NCBI GenBank assembly: GCA_030704615.1
Contig: JAKLZA010000072.1
Span: 1-50,000, forward strand
Direction of reading: 5' to 3'
DNA from: Takakia lepidozioides
Taxonomy: Eukaryota > Plantae > Bryophyta
Length of the DNA stretch: 50,000 bases
The notes beneath the pieces are model-generated. The model worked only from the letters and a program-made list of their open reading frames with translations, was not told the origin of the DNA and did no database searches. The position numbers were made by a program, and so were the translations under genes. Positions within the stretch are counted from its first letter, which is position 1; each line of letters begins with the position of its first letter. This document shows positions 36,927 to 49,200 of the stretch, in pieces.

Positions 36927-37517
36927 TTAGGCACAATGGTCATCCACCACCTCATCATCTGTCTCCAAGCCTCGAACAACCTCCTCGATAATCCAATCCA
37001 GGGTTTCAACTTCCATCTCCGATAGAATCTCGGAACCTCCATCTTCTGACTCTGATACAATGTCGGAGGTTGCCGCATCCTGATCATCTGTCTCCAAGCC
37101 TCGAACAACCTCCTCTATTATCCAGTCGAGGGTTTCAATCTCCATCTCCGATAGAATCTCGGAATCTCCATCTTCTGACTCTGATACAATGTCAGAGGTT
37201 GCCGCATCCATCTCTGATACAGACGGGAGAGTCATATCTCTCCCCCTCCAGTTGCCCTCGAGAAGAGTTCGACTCATAAATGAAAATATCATGTCCTCCG
37301 CCGTTCCAAACCCGGTGGCCTGCTCCGCATGCCTGCTAGCGGTCACAAGACTGTAGTAATTACCGAAGTCAGAAGTTGCTATGAATTCATTCCATAACTT
37401 GGATACCGCTCTGAACCGGACCACCTCCTTTAGTGGCAATCTAGCTCCTACCATCATGAGGATGGAATCCGGCAACAGCTGAGAGTCTGCATTTACGGTG
37501 CTACCCTGATCTGCCAT
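36927..37517 (-). CDS. F-box protein, 196 aa, with a 2 x 43-aa acidic C-terminal repeat
   Basis: ATG in GCTATGG context. F-box LPDSILMMVGARLPLKEVVRFRAVSKLWN. 129-bp tandem repeat at 37208-37080 and 37079-36951. Confidence 0.8.
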   Translation of the reverse strand: MADQGSTVNADSQLLPDSILMMVGARLPLKEVVRFRAVSKLWNEFIATSDFGNYYSLVTASRHAEQATGFGTAEDMIFSFMSRTLLEGNWRGRDMTLPSVSEMDAATSDIVSESEDGDSEILSEMEIETLDWIIEEVVRGLETDDQDAATSDIVSESEDGGSEILSEMEVETLDWIIEEVVRGLETDDEVVDDHCA

Positions 37518-39176
37518 AGCGAAATGGGCAGAAAGAGACTTACATCAAACTTCAAACTACCAAACGAGTACAAAATGCTGCACCTACAAAGCCCCAACTC
37601 CAAAGTGCAAGAGCTCGCAAACAAAGCCCTGCCTGTGTGTGAGAGAGAGAGACGAAGATCCAAGAGCTGCCGCTGACTTTAAGCAACTTGCTCGTTCGAA
37701 TATTCGAAAAATCCATGCGCGCTCGAATGGGCGCTGATAACTTAGATCCCGCAAGGACTCTTCCTCCGCAGAGTCCGCACACACGCTGAGCAACAGGGAT
37801 ATTTCGAATTTTATTAGTAGTCCTGCCGTTGTGTATTAGTGCCTCTTTGGAGAATTAATTTGCATGAAAGGAGGATTAAGAGGGCAGCATCTGCAAAATG
37901 TTTGAAGTGTGAGTGTGACGATAATTTTCATGTCGTTTGCTCTCGTCAATTTCTCAACATTTGCTGAATAGATACATTTCACACACAACCTACTGGCAGG
38001 TAACTTCGTAATCTCAACGATTACAGATCGGAACCGGCGTAAATCGTCACTTAGTCAATGGGCTTCCCACATCAAATTTGCAATAAAATGTACTTGGAGT
38101 GGATGATGTGTTGCATTGTGCATCGCCGGTGAGCTACGCGCAGTTACACTGCGGTCTCCATCCAAACAGCCTGCACACAAAATAGATCCCCCAACGTGCC
38201 CAGTTGCCAGTAGTTTATTTAATGGAAAATCAAGGACAAGACACGACTTATGATTGTACATTTGCGCTGAATAATTGATGTGTCAGGCTCTCCACCCCCT
38301 CCCCCAAATATCAAAGTCATCTTCTCCAAGCTTCTCAAGCAGGTCACATCCATCCCCAGTGGACCACCCAGCCTCCACCCATCTAACATTTGAGGACCCA
38401 CGAAGGGGGACTCATCACTGTTTCTATGCAATGGGGTGCTTCTTGGAGTTCGAGCCTCTATTTAAGTATTGAAGTATATAGTAAAATAGAAGCATGCTTC
38501 TCAATAGCAGTTACGGTAGTTATTATTAGAAGGATCACTTTCCAGGGGTCCTCCACCCCCTCAAATCTCAGTAAGTTAGTGGTTCAACTGCAAAGTGAGA
38601 TCATGTTGTTGTTGAAGGGTTGGATCGACCAGTCACAAATCGGCCCTTAATTTAGTGAGAGGAGCAAATATCTTCTTTCAATACCCTGCCCATGCGCAAG
38701 GGTCATGGGACCAAGGGAAGGTGGGGAAGATTATGCGATTATACGATTATACCACATCCGTTAAGCTAGAAGGATTGAACCCAAAATCACCTATGTGGCA
38801 CTCTTATCAACCCACTGGCTTTGTGGAGCCCAGATTGTCGACTTGCCATGTTTAAGTAAGGACAAAAAAGATGTGATGGCCTGCCCATCTTGGTGGGTCC
38901 AGTCGTCCAGTCACTTGTCCTTCCCTTTGTTGCCACCCTACCAACGAGCCCTCAAGATGAATGGCCATCTTAACTGTCGATTTGAGAGACATGTGCGGTG
39001 GACGTCCAGCAGATTTACAGAGCCCATGAAGATGAAAGCACAAGTTGAAGGATTGAACCCAGGATCACCTTCACCCTAAGTGAAGGTGCAAACCTATAAT
39101 TTACTCACAAATTGGGCCACTTAGGAAAAACTAACCTTCATCCTTCCAATGGAGAACACTAGGAATAATGTGGTAA

Positions 39177-39571
39177 GAGCATCCCCACCCTACACTGAAC
39201 CCAGCAAGCCAACGGAATATGAGGGTATGCTGGGCGGGAAAACATCCCCACCCATGCACTAAACCCTATATCCCATGAAAAGCGGGCACTAAATATCGTT
39301 CCGTGCACTGAACCCGAGCGCCCCGTATTCAGTGCACATAATACGTCCCCGAATCCAAGTCGTGACCAAGCGCGAGCCTGTCAGCATCTTGGCGGAGACC
39401 TGCCCCTTCCTGCCAACGGGAGGCGAGGTGCAGGGGGATAGTGTGGGTGATTCAGGGACCAGGGTGTACGCGAGTCGGGCTGCCGCGCCAGAGAACCCAG
39501 CAGGCCCTGAATCGACGATACAATCTTGGGCATTACAAGGATTATTTGGGGGCTCAAGGGTGGGGATGCTC
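39177..39571. mobile_element. Tourist-like (PIF/Harbinger) MITE, 395 bp
   Basis: Perfect 15-bp TIR GAGCATCCCCACCCT / AGGGTGGGGATGCTC with a TAA TSD on both sides. Confidence 0.92.
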
Positions 39572-39824
39572 TAAGAACTTAACCCTTAACCCATGACCAC
39601 CGTTTTGGTGGGCCAACCCAAAAGCATACACAGTGGGATGGATGACTTCCTGCTCTGAATCATCCATAGAAATGGACCTTAGAGAAATGTTCCTACCTAC
39701 TACATCCATCTGCCCATGAATTTTCAGAGAGTTTCACCGTTGCAATTGGTAGATTATATGAAAATGGTGATGTTGTTTTTTCACATGCCCACCAATTCTA
39801 CCCCAAGAAAAAGCTTTGGCGAAA

Positions 39825-39846
39825 GGGGGGGGGGGGGGGGGGGGGG
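39825..39846 (+). repeat. Poly-G tract, 22 nt
   Basis: Read directly from the sequence. Confidence 0.9.
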
Positions 39847-40576
39847 TTATTTTTCCTGTGGGAATGCCCTACATATTCACGTTCCTGGGCACTCACACCA
39901 TGGATGCAGGAATTTGTAGCCAATCCCCCCAAAATATAGTGGGCGTCCTTTGTATGTCAAATTGGGGGGGGTAAAAATGGATTTCTTGTACACTACTATG
40001 CAATCTGGCCCATCGGATACTTTCTTTCTTTTTCGGAAACATAATTCCTATGATGAGGTTCTGCTCTGCAGCAATGCAGAGACAGTGGTGAAATGTTTTT
40101 TGGATTCTGCCAAATTGCCAAGCTCAGATCTGCAATCTGCCAGTTTTTGGGTTGCATCCCAGCTCAGGCTGTTATGGCCGGAGCAGGTAGCACTTCCCGG
40201 CAAGGGTAATGGAGGGTCACGTCACAAAAACCCCAAAAACGCGGCGGGCCCTTGTGAAATCAACTCCAGGCATCGCATTATTTAGCTGGGTGGAATCCCA
40301 TGCCCCCACACACAGGCCGGCAAAATTCAGCCCACTGGGCCTTCGCGCCTGCCACATCAGCAGGGTCAACGCCGCCGGCATTACCCCCAACTTTGAAAAT
40401 TCTAGACGGCAGAGTTTTTATTGTTTTTGCCCGTTGTAAATTGGAGCGGACAGGGAATTTTTCGCACTACATTTTTTGTTCAGGGATGAATGAAATCGGA
40501 CTTCATACAAGGAAGTTACGGGACGGATGAAAAACGACCCAACCTGATTCAGGTCGCATCGTCATTTAAGGGTTTA

Positions 40577-42216
40577 TGTTGAGCAGTCCTGGGGCAAAAA
40601 TGACTTTTTCTGCACCTGTCTTCCCAGTTTGCGGATCAGCTGGCATGTCACCTCTCCCCCTGCCTGGGATGTCCCCTGGTGATGGTGAAGACGGTGATTT
40701 CAATTGGAGACACAAGAAAGCAAGAATCACTAAGTTCAGAACCCAGCTGCGGTTTTGACTCACAATCTCTTACTTCCGGTATTTTTGTGATGCTTGCTTG
40801 CTGGCAGCAGGCTATGAGCACAGTCATTGTCTGACTGGCCGACTTCAGTTTTGTTCTCAAACAGACATGACTGGCTAGCTACTACGATTATCTTCAACAG
40901 GCAATACTTGGCTTTCCATTCAGGAGTTAAGGCCTTAGGGTGTGTTGGGCACGTTTTCACTATAGGTTTCCAGGCTCCTGTCTTCCTCGCCCTTTTCTGC
41001 TACCAGATAGTTTTCCCTGCTTCAATGCTTTCTGGCTCACCGCTAAGGAGCTCGGGCCCTTGTGTATGCTTACATCCTGGTCGTTGGGCACCTATTTCTT
41101 CTCCTTCTTACATAGTTACTCACCCCCCATGTTACTTAGTTAGTTTTACTCATCTCACTTTGATTCTTTATGCTCTATATAGCTAGTTTGTTATGGTATC
41201 GAGGAAGTTCCCCCTCGGTTAGCCTTTACGGCCTCCTTGGTGGTTTTTTTTTCCACCTTTTGTAAACTCTAATTTATTTAATTTGATTGAAAAGGCCATT
41301 GTCCCCTTTCCTTAGGGGAAAAAAAACAAAACAAAAAAGCAAAACGAGTTTCATCCTGCATTTGCCTTTTGGCTTTCCTCTCAGGGTACCTGTCGTGGCA
41401 TGGAACGAAGCCATCATGGGGGGCGGGGCCCACGCTGACTTAAGGAGAATATGTGCGCAGCTTTGCGTGGCCCCGTCCCTAGTTTTTCTTTCTGGACTCC
41501 GTCTCCAAAGACTTCCCGGATACGCGCAAAGTGCCCAGGAGAGGTATATGGGGATGTATCTGGGGGCGGAAGGGATGGTCACTTTACGGATAACTTTAAT
41601 GTGTCAGCATTTTTGGGTGAATATCCGAGTGTCAGGATGAAGGAAGTACAATGCATGAGAAGAAAGACGGAATGGAAAATGGAGGAAATGCGAAATATCA
41701 CCACAAATGGCGCCATATCAGCCAGCAGAGGTGGAAATGAAGAAAAATGAAAGCAAAAGAGTCAGGTTGGAACTGTACCCAAAGGTGGTCCGACATCTTG
41801 TGCATGCAAGGTGATTACACGGAAATGTGTTTCTATATATCTTCAATGCCATCTCCCCTCCCAATCTTAGGGTGCATCTTGCTCTCTGAATAGATCGGGC
41901 CATCTTGATTGTTCTTTCTGCACAACTTTCCCATCTCATTTACCACTCCATCACTCACACACAATATGGCAATAATAATAGCTTTGGCCATGACACATTC
42001 ATTCTCACCTGCATCCCTTCCTCTATCTATGATTTCCGTTGCCCTCTCAAGGTTTCTCAAGGAGTTTGTGAGTCTCTGCCAACTTGTTGGAGTCTATAAA
42101 ATTAGATAGCTCCATGTATGGTGAAGCTTTGGTCAAAGCTGGAGAATAAGGGTGACACCCATTTTCGGGCTTATTGCTCGCATGTGGTCGCAAGCTACCA
42201 AGTCCCCAATGCCCCT
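40577..42216 (-). repeat. Copy B (inverted) of the ~1.6-kb LTR-like repeat
   Basis: Reverse-complement match to 28532-30399. On the minus strand, purine-rich GGAGTAGGGGCA is followed by T-TGGGGAC, and the copy ends CTCAACA. Confidence 0.9.
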
Positions 42217-42232
42217 ACTCCAAGCCTAAGAA

Positions 42233-44647
42233 TCAAAGTCTAAGAATCTCGGAGTCACCACTGCTCATCCTATCAGAGCCTGAGTCCATCAGATCACTCG
42301 TCTCATCCACCTGCTCCAATAGTGCTTCACTTTTTACAATGTAAACATCCTCGGGATCAGGTTCTTCCATTACTTCACCTGCATCTGTCTGCGCAGCTTC
42401 GCATCGGTTGATGGTGTGCAACGGGAAATATGCTATGTCTTTTCCCGGCCCATATCTGATGCGGATCGTCTCAGTCTCAGTGTCAACTGCTGCTCCTAAC
42501 GTTTTGAGAAAATCCAAGCACAGCAGCAGGTTGTATGTATCAGTGTTGACTACCATAAAAGACATGCGGTTGGTGAGCTTTCCTACTGTGATTTTTAGGT
42601 CTTCCAGCCTTCCCATTGCGGTTTCCACCGCATGACCCGATCTGTTGAAACATAACTCGTCAACCCCAGGTCTCTCACCGTGCTTGCAGACATTACTGAT
42701 AACATGGCGCCCGTCTCGACCTGCCCAAGTATTTGATGCGCACCCACCGAAACCATTGCATGCAATGCTTTCACCTTCCCCGTGTGCGTGTATGACACAG
42801 CAGTTTGCTGCCCATGCGAATCCTTGATCTTTGTAAATGGTGCACACGATGAGAGGGCTGCCATATTCTTTTTTTGCTGATTCAATGCGCTCTACCACCT
42901 TTACCAGACCCTTGAGCTTCTCCAACTCCCCTGGAACCGTCATGATTAAGTCCATGGGTGTCAACGATATCCTGCCTTTATAAAAGAGGCTAAGTATTTT
43001 GGAATGCGAGCTGGGTTCGCTAGCGTTTCTCCCTACAGACCTTGGAAACACAGAATGCCGAGGTGTGCTGGTCTCCCCACTCTCTTCTTCACCTTGGGGA
43101 CCAGAGAGTGACGCTGGTGGTGATGGATTCGCTACAGGCACACGGTTTCTTGGCAGCCTGGTTACTTCATTGACATTGGTCTCGACCATCAGAGCTGTCA
43201 ACTCAGCCAACACTGCATCTTCATCTTCCGAAAACACTTATACAAAGTTTGTAACAATAGCTCCCATCCATGTTTGTTCGGACTTCCTGTTGCATTCACT
43301 CTCAAAGTGCCCGAGCATCTTGCAGTTGGTACATCTTACCCCACATACCTTGGTGCGGTGGCCAAATTTGTGATATTTTTCACATTCGATTGGTGTCCTC
43401 CCCACCGTGCAGTAGGCTGCGATGTGACCATCTTGTCCACAAGTATGACCATCTTGCACGGACACACCCCTCTCGGTGGTGTCTTGCTACCAGAAGCCTC
43501 TACAATGACGGGTCCCTCGTCAAAGAACTTTTGTAATGTAGTGTTCAGAACGTCCAGACGCATGTCCACTGGATTCACATACATAATCTCATCCATGTCA
43601 TTTCCTTCAAGAGGTTCTAGAGGAGTCTCTCCGAGTCTGCCTAGCCCTCTTTCGACCTCAACGGCCGCCTCCAACGCTTCATCGACAGTAGTGAATCTTC
43701 TACCCAATAATACTCTCATGATCTCGAGCCTAAGACCCCCAAGAAATCGTTTTCTTTGCTCTAAATCAGAAATTTGTCCTCGAAGGAACAAACGGTTCAA
43801 CCGATCTTGAAAGTAGGTTTGCACCCACTGTTTGTTCTCCTGTCTAACGGCATCCATGCACATCTTGATCTCCGCCAAGTCTACCGTGCCAAACTTTGCT
43901 ATGATGTTTGAAAATCTTCCCAATTGTCTATTCTCGGATTCTGTTTCCAAAACCACTCATCTGCCTTGGATCATAAGTTCAACCCGGCTACCTTGAAGAT
44001 TTTATCCTTTGTCATGTCACAGACATCTCCTGACATTTGTATGGTCTCGACCCAATCTATCACATTTTCACTATCTCTACCATAAAACGGAGCATCGATC
44101 CATGAGGGGCTCGTCATTTTGGTGAATATTACTTCTACACTAAACTCACACTACTTAGTACACACTGGTCAATTGATATCGTACTCAAGTTGTACTAAGA
44201 ATGACTCCAGCAAGAAATGCATCATTCGATCACACAGACATGTGTTAAACTAATTTTGATCTCTATACCACTCCCATTGTCCATTGCGTAGCATTTCTAC
44301 TCTACCACCCCATGTTACCTCTCGAGCAAGGGCATTGACACGTTCCCATCTTCCAGGTTCTCTAATCCAGATAACAATCGTACTTCTACCACCCGCATGA
44401 GTTACCCTCAAGCATAAGTCACTGTCATAAAGTCTCCATGCAGGGTTAAAGAAGTATATGCGCGGTTCTGAGTGTGTAGATGAAGCACTCTGGCTGAAGC
44501 ATATAAGAACGTCACCAATACTCGGCTCTCCAGGAATGAAAATGTGATCCCGTCCAGCCATGATGCACTCCCACACTTTCAGCAGCTCTCATATTTCTTT
44601 ATGCACACAGAGATTCTAATTCCAAGGATCGACTCGCTTTGATACCA
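42233..44647 (-). mobile_element. Ty3/gypsy gag-protease remnant with a tRNA-Met PBS; RT, RNase H and integrase absent
   Basis: PBS TGGTATCAAAGC at 44647-44636. gag starts 44117 (PFYGRDSENVIDWVE..KADEWF, RFLGGLR). Three CCHC-like knuckles at 43465-43290. Protease relic QVETGAMLSVMS..YNLLLCLDFLKTLGAAVD. Frameshifts are present. Confidence 0.88.
44250..44561 (-). CDS. Uncharacterised 103-aa ORF between the PBS and gag of the gypsy element
   Basis: Open from ATG (MAGRDHIFIPGEP..) to TAG, Trp-rich. No family recognised. Confidence 0.4.
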   Translation of the reverse strand: MAGRDHIFIPGEPSIGDVLICFSQSASSTHSEPRIYFFNPAWRLYDSDLCLRVTHAGGRSTIVIWIREPGRWERVNALAREVTWGGRVEMLRNGQWEWYRDQN

Positions 44648-45819
44648 AAAAGGGGCCCTCGCTAAGTGGGCTTGTATCATTCAATTATGTCAGAGATCTA
44701 GGACTAGTTAACCAAAGTTGCAGCGGAAGAAAGAAAACCATGTAAGGTCATTGCTTGCAATAAAAGAAACTCGGTTCAAGAAGAGGACATTGCACATGCC
44801 TGCAGGGATCTGTGCACAAATCCATCCCACATTCTATTTCATGCGATCCCACCCATGCCAATCTCTTTCTAACTACAAATTGTAAAAGAGTGCACAGTGC
44901 CCATTTCAGCGTCTCCAAGAAATGATCTACACATGCCCCTTGGGTGATCCTAGCTTGCTCATCATCAGACCAGATTTCCTTTTCTGTTATCCACCCTACC
45001 TCTATCATATTCCACAGCAGATATCTATGTTGTCATGAAGATCTATTTATTCTCAGTCTCTGGAATTCTCACTATGAGCCTTGTGATGTCTCACTACATA
45101 ATTCTTGAGCACTTTCTTTTCTCACTCGCAACAATTCAAAGAGAATCTCTCATTGCAGACATGTACTCAAAGCATATTCTTGTACTTAATCCTCCCACTC
45201 ATACTCTTTGCTGGTTGCAAGCTCTCCACTTCAATTTTTATCATGCTTCCTCAAATGGAAGGTCCTAAGATAGGTGCTAAGGCAAAAATCAACCCTTTTC
45301 TCTCCACAGTAGCCTTCTTTCACTCTGGTTTCTCTACGTCCAAAAAGCTGTTAAGTATATCTGCTCCCCTGCATTATATACTCTCTCTTCACCCCTTTCC
45401 TTCAGATATTTCTCCTCAGCGGCCGGCGCCGCACTACCCCTGCAGATACCATTGCTGCCACCTTATCTATTTCATGATCAATTCCTTCCCAGCACATCTT
45501 CTGCCCAAAAACCAGCCAACAGATCTCTATCTAATTCTCTGAGTCTATCTCAACTGAGGCTATTAACTCGGCCCCTCGATCTGCGAGCTGCCCACTGCCC
45601 CTACAACTGTCTTTCTTACTCCTATATACTATGAGAGATGCTACTTTTGCCGCCCTCTTGCTGTGCAAATACTCCATTTAGGATGGTAACACTCGTTTCC
45701 TGCATATGTCAGCCAATCATCCTTCCATCCCCTTGATTTCACCATAGCATCAGGTTTCACCGTTCTCAGCCACCACCCCCATCATGTCGTGTCTCCATGA
45801 ATTCAAGAGCCGCTCTGAG

Positions 45820-45965
45820 CCGTCACAACTTAACTCCCTGCTGCTCTCCCCGAAGCGTAGCTACGGCGTGAGCCCAGCCCCGTGAGCCTGGGAGCTGAGC
45901 TCACGTTCAAGCTACAAAGCGTGAGCTGAGCTCACGCTTCAGGGAAGCGTGAGCGGCACGAGGCG
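45820..45965. repeat. GC-rich palindromic GTGAGC/GCTCAC motif cluster
   Basis: Includes GCGTGAGCTGAGCTCACGC and several more GTGAGC copies. Confidence 0.55.
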
Positions 45966-46246
45966 AGGATTGCAAGAGGAGGGCCTATTACCGTGGACAA
46001 AACAAAGGGGGCCAACACACACCATGTCTGCAATGCCCGCTCAAAAACAGAAATATAAAAACATGGCAGATTTGAGCTCAGAATGATTGTCACAGTTTAT
46101 TTCAATTCACAGATAGACGCTTACAATGAATTGCATGTGCATTTGCCCTGGTTCCGTAAACGAAATCCATATGTTTGTCAGAAATGCAAAGTCTTCACAC
46201 GGCAACCTGCAAACCAGCATGGGAAGCGGGCATGGCTCGAATGTGT

Positions 46247-49200
46247 TCAAAGAGAAGTTGGCGGAGCTCCACGCGAGGTGTCCCGCTGTAGAAGGGTGTT
46301 CACTTCTCCATAGCGTAGTGTGGCTTGGTGGATGAATTGGTCTCTCTTACCGTCGCAACACATAATCACAAGGTATATGTAATATTGATGCTTGCAGGGG
46401 ACCCACTTCCCTCTCATGCCGAGAGCGCCCTCACGCATCATTACAAAGTCCGAACAAGTGCACGAAGGGAAATTCCCAACGGTAACCTGATATTCTTTGC
46501 CATGAAGAATTGACCCAATTGACAGCACTATGTAAATCCATCCATACCCCGGAGAAGGGACTTCGGTGATACGAGACACCCGAGCCTGCAAAATTCTAGC
46601 AGATTCCATCTTGCATTCATGATCTGCACCCGAAGCGAAACGGCGCACTGTTTTTCCATCTCTTTTTGTTGGGTGGGAGTCGGCATCGGGTGGCGGCATT
46701 GCCGGAGCATGTGGCACATCTGTGCCGACAGTGCATGAGGGCACCACCCGGGACCGTGCAAGACAGAACCCTCCCTCCTCCTGCATGCTTATCTCGGTTG
46801 ATGACAGCGACGTCCCAATTTGCACAGGCCAAATTGAGGGGGGAGGGGGTTTCATTATCACCGAAGGACGAACTGTTCCCTTCACGCATCGTGCCATATC
46901 GTCTGGGCAGAACCAAAATTTGTGGTCCTTTGACTCCCCACTATGATAAGGTCGGAACAACCCTGTGAATGTTGGAGCAGGAGTCCCCCTGGAGCCTTTG
47001 CATATCTTTGATTTGCATTTCTTGAATGAGGGGGTCTGAATTGCCATGCAAGCCACTCTAGATCCTGGTGGGGTGCGTTCTATATGTCACTCACTATCAA
47101 TGCAATCGGATTCCTGCACCATGGCCACCACCTCCTCCAATGGGATTCCCGCTGCTGTGCTTGTATGTTCTGCACCTGCTCCACTGGAGGAGGACCCACC
47201 TGGGAAGGGGCGGGCACACGACTCAGTCTGCAGTGGAGACACCTTTGGCACAGAGAAATTGACCCTGTCTGGCCGATGGGAATCTCCATCTGACCCTGGA
47301 AGAGTGTTCAATTTCCTTTTGCATGATCCAAATCTTTCCTCGCCTTCCAAATGGGGGAGCCTGGATTGTAGAGGGGACCCTTCAGTGCATCTGTTTAGAG
47401 CTCTGGCCATCTTTGATGGGACTCCGGACCTACTCGCAGCCCTTATCATCAACAAAGTCGTATCAGGGCCCTTACCTCTACCCCGTCCCATCAGAAAATT
47501 GCGGTACCTGGTTTGTTGTGTAAGTGCACGCACCATGTCATCAACAGTGGCCACATACAAGTCGCGACCTGCTTTGGTAGACTGCTGCATCCAGGCGTTG
47601 TGAACAGTCTCCGCCAAATTACAGGATGGCATGTCGGCCAAGTCCTCCAAGGACATGTCCTGCAGGAGGCATTGCATGGATATATGAGGAACGAAAACAA
47701 ATGGTAGAGGTTCTTCAAGTGACAATCGAAGAACCCCAAATGAACAGGCACGATGCAAAATTTCTGTTTTTGGGATTGAAGAGGCTTACCATCGTCATGA
47801 AAGCTCCCCACTGTCTGTACCTGAAGTGCCAGAAAACCAACCAGTCCTCCAACTCCTTTACGTGGGTACCTGTTGCAGCACCAGAGGAGAACCACCAAGC
47901 CCGGATTGCCTGGTAAGTGCTCTCAGCTTCTCCCATTGAGGTGGCATTCTTGTACTTGAGACAGAGCCTTCTGTGCTCCAACTGCAGGTCAGGGCGAATG
48001 CAGCGCTTTGTATGACGTGCCAGAGATTGAATCCAATGGAAGAGGCATGTGCGCTCCCTATTTTCCATTGGGACCTTAGGATCCCCCGAACCAAACACGC
48101 GTCGCACTGCATTGAAATTTGCCTGTGCACTATCAGCCATGAAGCCCGCAAAATTTGTGTTTTGTATTTCATTGCGCTGCATGACGGCCAAGAGCGAATT
48201 CCACATGAGCATCTAGGATTCAGTGTCCTCCGACTGCATATCACAAATTGCTGTGGAGAGCACACGCTGGTACGCCGGATCATACACATGGCACGCCATG
48301 GTTGTCCAACCCTTCACCCGTTTGCAGTGATCAAACATTAACCAACATTTAGCCAAATCTCCTCCTGGTTGCATACGGCAGACAATGCTCACACCACTGC
48401 CTTCGCCCACAGCGGACATCTTGAACAAATACACCTTGGACGAGCCCTGGCCAGGGAAGATACTGTTTTGAATGAATTCATAGCGACTCCTCCGTTTCAG
48501 GTCCATAATGTTGTCCATGAATCCAGCAGTGCCTGTGCCCATTCTGAGTGCATTCACCTGGTTTCGAATATTGGGAGAGCTCAACACGGAGAAATGGTCC
48601 ATGACTGCATTAAGTGAATCTGCATCCAGCATAAGTTGTGTCGCATCCCCTTCACCCAGTATGTGTTTCTCCGGGAATGCCTTGCTAGCTGCAAGCGCTA
48701 TAGCAGAAGGTGTTGCACAAGGGGCATTGTGGAACTCCTGCTTCAGCAGATTTCTAGCGATGTCCACGCTATCCCTGCAACTTTTTTTGGACACAGGATG
48801 CTCGTGTGCACCCATATGAATGCAGGCACGAGTCATTGTCTTGCATCGGTGTGCCACTTGATACATACGAGCGTGGCACACAGAAACACAGGACCGGGAA
48901 AGTTTGCAGAACCTGCACACAAAAGTATTGGTCCTGGGAGGGGCAAGCCCTGGGGTGAAAGGATTCAGGGGCACACCTTCCCACTCACTTTCGTTTGGTT
49001 GAGCGCTGTTTCTCAGCCGAGGGCAAGAAATATTCTGGCACTTACAATGCCCAACGCAGACCGACCTCCGAAATTTCAAACCAATGTCGTTATGGATGTT
49101 CGACGTTTTTGTCCTGCACCAAGGATGTCTGTCATGTTTCTTGTCCATGCCCTGCAAAAGCCCAGCCAGTCCAATGGAAGAGGTGGGAGGGTTGAGCTCA

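Noticed and set aside
39825-39846. Poly-G as a functional G-quadruplex
   Set aside because: No supporting context, and homopolymer length is unreliable in assemblies.
39950-40560. CACTA element suggested by CACTAC motifs
   Set aside because: Both motifs are in the same orientation, with no inverted partner or 3-bp TSD.
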